Shown: piece after piece, positions 58,030 to 64,000 of the stretch
Numbering within the stretch: position 1 is the first letter of the stretch
How the letters are laid out: every line of letters begins with the position of its first letter
Assembly (NCBI GenBank): GCA_039589315.1
Contig: JBDHHQ010000005.1
Location: forward strand, 1-64,000
Source of the DNA: Gemmatimonadota bacterium
GTDB lineage: Bacteria; Gemmatimonadota; Gemmatimonadetes; Longimicrobiales; Gaopeijiaceae
DNA: 64,000 bases
Reading direction: 5' to 3'
Program-made: the position numbers and the translations under genes
The notes under the pieces: model-generated
What the model saw: the letters and a program-made list of their open reading frames with translations, nothing else
Told to the model about the DNA's origin: nothing
Database searches by the model: none

Positions 58030-59712
58030 ATGTCCGAACTCCCGGCACTATCCGGCACGGTCCGCCCCGGCGCATATCAGCCCGATCTGCCCGAGAGCCG
58101 GCTCATTCTGGAGGAGACTCCCGATGGGGAAGCGGTTCCCATGGACGTGCTGTTCGTGGGTGCCGGACCCGCCGGTCTCGCGGGGGCCGTCGAGCTGGCT
58201 CGTCTCGTGCAAAGAGACAACGAGGATGGCGGAGAGCTGGGTGAGATCGAGATCGGGGTGCTCGAGAAGGCCGGACAGCTCGGTGAGCACAGCCTTTCGG
58301 GTGCAGTGGTGAACCCGAGGGCCTTCATCGAGCTGTTCCCCGAGATGGACCCGGCAGAGTTCCCCCTGCGCGGCCCCGTCACGGACGAAGCCGTGTATCT
58401 GTTGACCGAGGGAGGGTCCCACAGGCTGCCGACCCCGCCCACCATGAAGAACCACGGCAACAGGGTGGCGTCCATCTGCGAGATCGTCAGATGGCTGGGT
58501 GAGCGCGCGGAGGGGCTGGGGGTCAACATCTTCCCGGGCTTCCCGGCCGACTCCCTGCTCGTCAGTGGCAGCGGAGTCATCGGCGTGCGGACGACTCCTT
58601 CGGGTCTCGACCGCGACGGAGAGCCCGGCGGCAGCGACTTCATGCCCCCCATGGACCTCACGGGGCGGGTCACGGTGCTGGCGGAAGGCACCCGGGGCAC
58701 GCTCTCCCAGGCCTGGCTCAGGTGGCAGAACGTGGGCTCCGAGAATCCCCAGATCTTCGCCCTGGGGGTGAAGGAGCTGTGGGAGACGGCGCAGCCGCTG
58801 GACCGGGTCATCCATACCCTGGGCTGGCCGCTGCCCAAGGACGCCTTCGGTGGGAGCTGGATGTATCCGATGGAGGACAACCTCGTTTCCCTGGGCCTCG
58901 TCGTGGGACTGGACTACCGGGACGCTCGCCTCGACGTGCACGAGCTGCTCCAACGTATGAAGCTCCACCCGCTGTTCAAGCCCTACCTCGAGGGCGGTGA
59001 GCTGGTGGAGTGGGGCGCGAAGACCATTCCGGAGGGGGGCTTCTACTCGGTTCCCGTGCGCCGTCACGGCGACGGCCTGGTCATGGTCGGCGACTCCGCG
59101 GGCTATGTGGATGTCCCCTCCCTCAAGGGGATCCACTACGCCATGCATTCGGGCATTCTGGCCGCTCGGACCATCTTTCGAGCCCTCAAGAAGGATGACA
59201 CCTCGGAGGCGGGCCTACGCTCCTACACCGACGCGGTGGACACCAGCTACATCATGGCGGACCTGAAGAAGACCCGGAACATGCGACTCGCCTTCAAGAG
59301 CGGCTTCTACCGGGGAGGGCTGAAGGCCGGGCTGATGACGCTGACCGGCGGGAGCTTTCCCGGTGGACGAATCTCGGTTCCCGAGGACGTGGACGAGACA
59401 CGCACGGTCGGGAGCGGGGGGCCCCGGGTGTCGCCGGACGGCAAGCTCACGTTCTCGAAGGTCGATGCGGTCTTCAAGTCGGGGAACCAGACCCGAGATG
59501 ACATCCCGCCGCACTTGCTGGTCGGCCAGGACGTCTCGGCCGAGGCCGCCGAGCTGTATGTCCACATGTGTCCGGCGGGGGTCTACGAGCGCAACGGGGA
59601 CGAGCTGGTTGTGAACGCTCCCAACTGCGTGGACTGCAAGGCCACGGACGTCCTCGGGCCGCGGTGGATGCCCCGCGAGGGCGGCAGCGGGCCCGCCTAC
59701 AGACGGATGTAG
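58030..59712 (+). CDS. electron transfer flavoprotein-ubiquinone oxidoreductase (ETF-QO/FixC+FixX-like)
   Basis: AGGAG RBS; VGAGPAGL, LSGA, AEG.RG, GAKTIPEGG, KGIHYAM.SG, CPAGVYE...NCVDCKAT. Confidence 0.92.
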   Translation: MSELPALSGTVRPGAYQPDLPESRLILEETPDGEAVPMDVLFVGAGPAGLAGAVELARLVQRDNEDGGELGEIEIGVLEKAGQLGEHSLSGAVVNPRAFIELFPEMDPAEFPLRGPVTDEAVYLLTEGGSHRLPTPPTMKNHGNRVASICEIVRWLGERAEGLGVNIFPGFPADSLLVSGSGVIGVRTTPSGLDRDGEPGGSDFMPPMDLTGRVTVLAEGTRGTLSQAWLRWQNVGSENPQIFALGVKELWETAQPLDRVIHTLGWPLPKDAFGGSWMYPMEDNLVSLGLVVGLDYRDARLDVHELLQRMKLHPLFKPYLEGGELVEWGAKTIPEGGFYSVPVRRHGDGLVMVGDSAGYVDVPSLKGIHYAMHSGILAARTIFRALKKDDTSEAGLRSYTDAVDTSYIMADLKKTRNMRLAFKSGFYRGGLKAGLMTLTGGSFPGGRISVPEDVDETRTVGSGGPRVSPDGKLTFSKVDAVFKSGNQTRDDIPPHLLVGQDVSAEAAELYVHMCPAGVYERNGDELVVNAPNCVDCKATDVLGPRWMPREGGSGPAYRRM

Positions 59713-59857
59713 CCGCCGGGCCCCTGAACCCGGGTCGCCTGCAGCGGTCGAACGAAGAGCGCCCCCGATCGTCGTGATCGGAGGCGCTCTCTTGCCTTCC
59801 GGCGCTTTTGGACTCGGGCGGCTCAATCCACGGAGCGGCGCGGGTCGGAGACGCGGA

Positions 59858-60034
59858 TCATTCGCCGAAAGGGCGCTTGTGCTCCTCCTCGGCGGTCGCC
59901 ACGCCGGTGAGCTCGAGGGGACGGGCGTCTTCCGCCATCTGTCTCAGGGCCTGGGCCACCTTGGGGCGGCCGCCCCGGTCCTCCCGCAGCGCGGCCCTCA
60001 AGAGCCATTCGCTTCTACCGAACGCGTCGTTCAT
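59858..60034 (-). CDS. small hypothetical protein (58 aa)
   Basis: GGGAGG 6 nt before ATG; MNDAFGRSEWLLRAALREDRGGRPKVAQALRQMAEDARP...; downstream of a sigma54-like promoter. Confidence 0.55.
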   Translation of the reverse strand: MNDAFGRSEWLLRAALREDRGGRPKVAQALRQMAEDARPLELTGVATAEEEHKRPFGE

Positions 60035-60165
60035 CGTCTTCCTCCCGCGGCACCCACTCTCGTCTCGGAGTCGACCGGCCTGTCTCGGGTCGAGAGAAGC
60101 TCGGAACGCCCTGCTGAGTAGGATCTGGCGGACCTCGTTTGTGGGTTGTTCCCGGTGCGATTCCA

Positions 60166-60181
60166 TGCATCGAGCGTGCCA
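60166..60181 (-). promoter_or_regulatory. sigma54 (RpoN) -24/-12 promoter
   Basis: Minus strand TGGCACGCTCGATGCA vs consensus TGGCACG-N4-TTGCW; one mismatch, exact spacing. Confidence 0.65.
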
Positions 60182-60472
60182 CGAGAGGTCGGCGAGGGGA
60201 GAGGACTCCGTAAGTTTCACCTCAACAACGCGTTGGACGTCAGGTGCATGTCGCCGGGTCCAGGCGGGCTGGCCGGCCGATGACCTCGAAACGCGGCAGG
60301 ATCTGTCATCTCGCGGGACTCGTGGTCCCGCCTCCGCCACAGCGTCCCATTCGTGCATTCCCCGGCACACCGATCCAGGGCATCTTCGGCCGTGTCGCCG
60401 AGGCTCCGGAGCAACGCGACGGATGAGACAGAGTGGGCCGGAAGGCCGGCCCGGAAACCTCGGGAGGACATC

Positions 60473-60748
60473 ATGAGAACTCGAACGATCGCCATGGCCC
60501 TCGCTTCAACCCTGGCGGGCGCCGGATGGGTTTGGGCGGACTGCGCCCAGTACATCTCCGGCGGCGCGGACAGCCCCTCGAGCGGCTACCTGCTGGGAGA
60601 GACGCTGGTGACGGAGGAGACGAGCTACGGGGCGGACGCGGGCGTCTACGCCGGGCGCCGGGTGAGCCAGACCTGGTCGGTGGGACACTACCGGATGAGT
60701 GACGGCTCGACCATCGACGTCGACTGCCGGACCTACACGCAGATCTGA
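60473..60748 (+). CDS. small secreted two-cysteine protein A (91 aa)
   Basis: GGGAGG RBS; signal peptide MRTRTIAMALASTLAGAGWVWA; Cys24 and Cys85 only; high GC3. Confidence 0.8.
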   Translation: MRTRTIAMALASTLAGAGWVWADCAQYISGGADSPSSGYLLGETLVTEETSYGADAGVYAGRRVSQTWSVGHYRMSDGSTIDVDCRTYTQI

Positions 60749-60811
60749 GGGACGCGGGGGCGGCCGGCTCGTACCGGTCGCCCCCCGTTCGCGCACTCTT
60801 GGACGGAGTCG

Positions 60812-61858
60812 GTGCCAGTGCAAGTACAGCGTTACCGGAGCGTCGCGGCCGCGACAGCGGCCCTGTCGGCCATCTTCGGGTGTTCCTGTCGCCCGGCCAG
60901 GGAGGTGCCGGCCGAGGTCGTCTTGGAGGGCGCGCTTCGACCGGTCGAGCTGACGGCCCAACGGGTGGAGACGATGGAAGACACGTTGGGCTTCCACGCT
61001 GCCACGGACCTTGTGCCCGTTCCGGGAGGCTACCTGGTGATCGACGCGGGCAATGACAGGCTCGTGAGGTTGGACCGGAGCCTGGAGCCCGTGGGGGTGA
61101 TCGGTCGAAGTGGATCGGGTCCGGGCGAGCTGGAGGCGCCACTGGTGGGGGACCTGACCCCAGACGGCGTGGCTGTCGTGGAGCTCTCCAACGGACGGGT
61201 GTCGTTCTTCACCTTCGGAGGCGTGTTTCAGCGCGTCGTCGCCCTCCCCGGGCGGTGGGGAGACCTGGCGGTGGGGCCCAAGGGCGATTTGTTCCTCGCG
61301 AGCGCGCCCGCCCACGTATTCCTCACACGGATCGACGCGAACGGGGAGAGCATGCCGTTCGCCAGGAGGATGCATGCGCGCCAGGAGCCCTCCGGGGCAC
61401 CCGAGGGGATCGACCGACGCGACAGGGTGGCCGTAACGGATGCAGGCTCCGTCGCAGTGCTGGACAACACGGAGGGTCATGTGCTGCTGTACGGCAATGA
61501 CGGTTCCCTGGAGAGGGCCGTACGCCTTCCGGATTCGGTGGTGCAACGAATCCGGTCCCGGAACGAATCACTCCGGAGCCGGCTCGCCAGGCAGGGTCGC
61601 CGGGTCGTCGGCGCCCACATCGCAAAGACCTTGAAGCGCCAGCCAGACGGACGGCTTCTCGTCCTCTTCACGGCCTCGCCCCATTTCGGCATCCTTCTCG
61701 AGCCTGCTTCCCTCCGCGGCCGTCTCCTTTCGGTACCCGAACAGTCGGGCCCCTGGGAGCCGCTTCTCAATGCGGCTGCGGCGGTGGTCGAGGGTGACGA
61801 GATCACTGTCCTGCACACGTACGGGGTCAGCCGCTACAGACTCGGCGACGGATCGTGA
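60812..61858 (+). CDS. 6-bladed beta-propeller (NHL/TolB-like) lipoprotein
   Basis: Lipobox-like IFGC; YLVIDAGNDRLV, IGRSGSGPGEL, VAVVELSNGRV blades; start may be GTG 60818. Confidence 0.75.
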   Translation: MPVQVQRYRSVAAATAALSAIFGCSCRPAREVPAEVVLEGALRPVELTAQRVETMEDTLGFHAATDLVPVPGGYLVIDAGNDRLVRLDRSLEPVGVIGRSGSGPGELEAPLVGDLTPDGVAVVELSNGRVSFFTFGGVFQRVVALPGRWGDLAVGPKGDLFLASAPAHVFLTRIDANGESMPFARRMHARQEPSGAPEGIDRRDRVAVTDAGSVAVLDNTEGHVLLYGNDGSLERAVRLPDSVVQRIRSRNESLRSRLARQGRRVVGAHIAKTLKRQPDGRLLVLFTASPHFGILLEPASLRGRLLSVPEQSGPWEPLLNAAAAVVEGDEITVLHTYGVSRYRLGDGS

Positions 61859-62520
61859 TCCGGGTCGTTCGGTCGCTTCTGTCGGTGGCCGTGCCGACCG
61901 TCGTGGCGCTCGCGCTGGCGCTAGCCTCGGCAAGTGTCACCCGCTCTCCCGGGCCCAGGCTCGTCACCGTCGCCGATCATGTTCCTGCGGCGCTCGAAGG
62001 CGCCGGCGTCTCAATCGGTCCAGGCAGGGGGACGCTCACCGTGCGCGTGGTCGGCGACTACGAGTGCTCGGCTTGCGAGGCTCTGGACAGACGGGTGGGT
62101 CGCAGATTGCGAGCCCTGGCCGCCCAGGGCCGCATCCGGTACCAGCTGGTGCAGGCGCCTCTCCGGCCGCATCGGCGAGCCCCGAAGGCCGCCGCCGCAC
62201 TCTTCTGCGCCGATCGTCAGGGGGATCCCTGGCGAATGCACACCCTTCTGGTCGAGGGACGGGCCGAGTGGGGGTGGGGAGAGGACCCGCACGAGGCGTT
62301 CCGGCGCTACGCCCGGCGGCTCGACCTGGCGGTGGACGAGTTCCAGAAGTGCCTTGCGTCGCCGTACGCGAGCCTGCGATTGGAGGCGGACCGGTCGGCC
62401 GCGGCCGGCATCGGCGTAGCCGGCGTGCCGGTGATCCTCGTAGGCGCGACCCTGGTCACGCCGACCAGGTCCTTTACGGAGGTCCTGGACGTGGTCGAGG
62501 CCCGGCTGGCGGACCGGTAG
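61855..62520 (+). CDS. DsbA-family thiol-disulfide oxidoreductase, exported
   Basis: GTGA-coupled; N-terminal hydrophobic segment; GDYECSAC (CxxC); GVAGVP cis-Pro loop. Confidence 0.85.
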   Translation: MIRVVRSLLSVAVPTVVALALALASASVTRSPGPRLVTVADHVPAALEGAGVSIGPGRGTLTVRVVGDYECSACEALDRRVGRRLRALAAQGRIRYQLVQAPLRPHRRAPKAAAALFCADRQGDPWRMHTLLVEGRAEWGWGEDPHEAFRRYARRLDLAVDEFQKCLASPYASLRLEADRSAAAGIGVAGVPVILVGATLVTPTRSFTEVLDVVEARLADR

Positions 62521-62677
62521 GCCACCCTGGCGCCCCCTCGTACGAGCGCAGATCAGATCGGTCCCGATGGACCATTCGGTAGCCCGCCCCGAGTCGCGAG
62601 GTTCTCCTGTATCGGGGCAGATTCCACTGTCTCCGATGCAACTGCAGATGGGGCACAGAAGCCCCGATGGAGGATCG

Positions 62678-62974
62678 ATGAGCATGGGAGAGCAGGTAGT
62701 GCGAGCCATGGCGGCGGTCCCCGGTGGACGACGCTACCCGCTGGTGGCGGCGATGTTGGTAGCGGCGGCGTCCGCCGGGTGGGCCTTCTTCTGCCCACAG
62801 CAGCTGACGGCGGGGAGCACCAGCCTCGTCCTCGTGGCGGAGGAGCTCCTGATGGATGACGAGTCGGGCGACGGCGCAGTCGTGGGGATCTACAGATCGT
62901 CCAGCGGTGGGACCCTGACCATCGCGTGTCCCAGCGAGCACGCCGACTACGACCGGACGGGCGCATCGGCTTGA
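62678..62974 (+). CDS. small secreted two-cysteine protein B (up to 98 aa), homolog of protein A
   Basis: GGAGG RBS; RRYPLVAAMLVAAASAGWA signal; Cys39 and Cys84 only; VGIYRSSSGGTLTIAC matches A's VGHYRMSDGSTIDVDC. Confidence 0.7.
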   Translation: MSMGEQVVRAMAAVPGGRRYPLVAAMLVAAASAGWAFFCPQQLTAGSTSLVLVAEELLMDDESGDGAVVGIYRSSSGGTLTIACPSEHADYDRTGASA

Positions 62975-62975
62975 G

Positions 62976-63845
62976 TCAAGGGGGGGGTGGAGGGCCTTCC
63001 TCCGGGATCTCGATGCCGACGCCTGTCGGGGTCCGTACGAGCCGGGGGAGGATCGCCGGGATCGGGCGCCCCGCAAAGGAGGCCATGAGGGCGTCCACGG
63101 ACTCGAAGCCACTGAGCGTCCCAAGCGTCTTGATGGTCGGAAAGACCATGGGAAGGTCGCCCTCGGCATGCAACTCGAGGGCGATCTCGGGCGGGAGCCA
63201 ACGGGCTTCGGTGATCTCGGAGCCGTCTGGGCGAGCTTCCTCCCCCGCGGGGACCAGAACGGCGAAGAACCGGGTGTCATACCGGCGTGGCTCCGCCCGG
63301 GGCGTGATCCAGTGTGCGATGTACTCGATTGCTCCGCCGCTCAGGGTGACGTCCAGAGTGGCGAGAATCTCTCCGAACGTCCGCTCGCCTCGGTGCAGCT
63401 GGATCTGGGCGGCTCGGGTATCGGGAGAGGCGGCCGCGCTGGCCGCCGGCTCACCGGCCGAGTCCGAGGCAACGAGGATCCCCGTCTCCTCGAAGGCCTC
63501 GCGGATCGCCGCTACGTAGTAGGCGATGGCCGAGGGAGCCTCATCGTAGAGGCGCAGTCGGCCGGCGGCCTGCTCGACGGACAGCCCCTGCACGTGCGCG
63601 AGGACCTCGGGGGCCGCGTCGTCCGTCTCGACACGCCCGCCCGGGAACACGTACGCGCCCGGCACGAAGCCCACGGTCCGGTTGCGGCGCAGCAACAGCA
63701 CCTCGGGCCCGCGATCCGACGGTCGCAGCAGCACCACGGTCGCAGCCGGGCGGGGCGCGACGGGGGAGTCGGGCGGGCGGTCCACGTTTTCGGCGAACCC
63801 CTCGGGAAGGGAGTCAGCCGGGATCTGGAAATCTGGCTCGGTCAT
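62976..63845 (-). CDS. NUDIX hydrolase (Nudt19-like)
   Basis: PRPAATVVLLR, FVPGAYVFPGG, AAIREAFEETG, HWITP...RRYDTRFF, FPT. Confidence 0.9.
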   Translation of the reverse strand: MTEPDFQIPADSLPEGFAENVDRPPDSPVAPRPAATVVLLRPSDRGPEVLLLRRNRTVGFVPGAYVFPGGRVETDDAAPEVLAHVQGLSVEQAAGRLRLYDEAPSAIAYYVAAIREAFEETGILVASDSAGEPAASAAASPDTRAAQIQLHRGERTFGEILATLDVTLSGGAIEYIAHWITPRAEPRRYDTRFFAVLVPAGEEARPDGSEITEARWLPPEIALELHAEGDLPMVFPTIKTLGTLSGFESVDALMASFAGRPIPAILPRLVRTPTGVGIEIPEEGPPPPP

Positions 63846-63890
63846 GCCCCGAATCGCCCTTTCTTCTGAGGCTCTTCTGCAGCCCCACAC

Positions 63891-63998
63891 CTAGAACCCG
63901 CCCGCACACCCGTCCCGGCGAGGGTCGGACGCCGCCGACCAGCCACGCTCGAGGCGCATGACGGCCTGGGCTCCACCGAAGACGACGTCGTCGTCGGA
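63891..63998 (-). CDS. probable C-terminal end of a CDS running off the window
   Basis: Open frame SDDDVVFGGAQAVMRLERGW...GGF ending in TAG at 63891-63893; too short to assign. Confidence 0.35.
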   Translation of the reverse strand, partial: SDDDVVFGGAQAVMRLERGWSAASDPRRDGCAGGF

Positions 63999-64000
63999 TA

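Noticed and set aside
60473..62974. Classical RiPP (lanthipeptide, sactipeptide, double-glycine bacteriocin) or pilin cluster
   Set aside because: No modifying enzyme, C39 peptidase-ABC transporter or class III prepilin motif; leaders look like Sec signal peptides
1..64000. CRISPR arrays, rRNA/tRNA, prophage, IS elements, defence systems
   Set aside because: No spaced direct repeats, RNA gene signatures, integrase/transposase, phage or defence-domain motifs recognised by eye

Overview
High-GC (about 70% by eye), gene-dense bacterial chromosomal window. The gene style (lipoproteins, GxGPGE beta-propellers, carboxypeptidase-regulatory-domain and TolB/TPR proteins) resembles Gemmatimonadota; that assignment is my inference. 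Most of the content is housekeeping or catabolic: lipA-pdhABC...lpdA split by an opposite-strand lemA/DUF2207 pair, ispH, fxsA, an M42 peptidase, glcD-glcE-ALDH-glcF, a probable D-amino-acid salvage operon (M20, DUF1611-like, GNAT, NSAR/OSBS), an orphan MshEN-containing PilB/GspE ATPase, D-aminoacylase plus a TRAP permease, mscS, a PhzF protein, a MATE-like transporter, a VWA/AAA+ pair, mutY, ETF-QO and a Nudix hydrolase. I found no rRNA, tRNA, CRISPR array, integrase or transposase. The best candidate for an undescribed system is at 60.5-63.0 kb: two homologous small secreted proteins, each with exactly two Cys, bracket a 6-bladed beta-propeller lipoprotein and a DsbA-like oxidoreductase. Divergent from it are a near-consensus sigma54 promoter and a 58-aa ORF. 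A ~200-nt rod-like candidate ncRNA lies at 9001-9200. All family calls come from recognising motifs by eye, without database searches, and several start codons were adjusted using RBS position or stop/start coupling.
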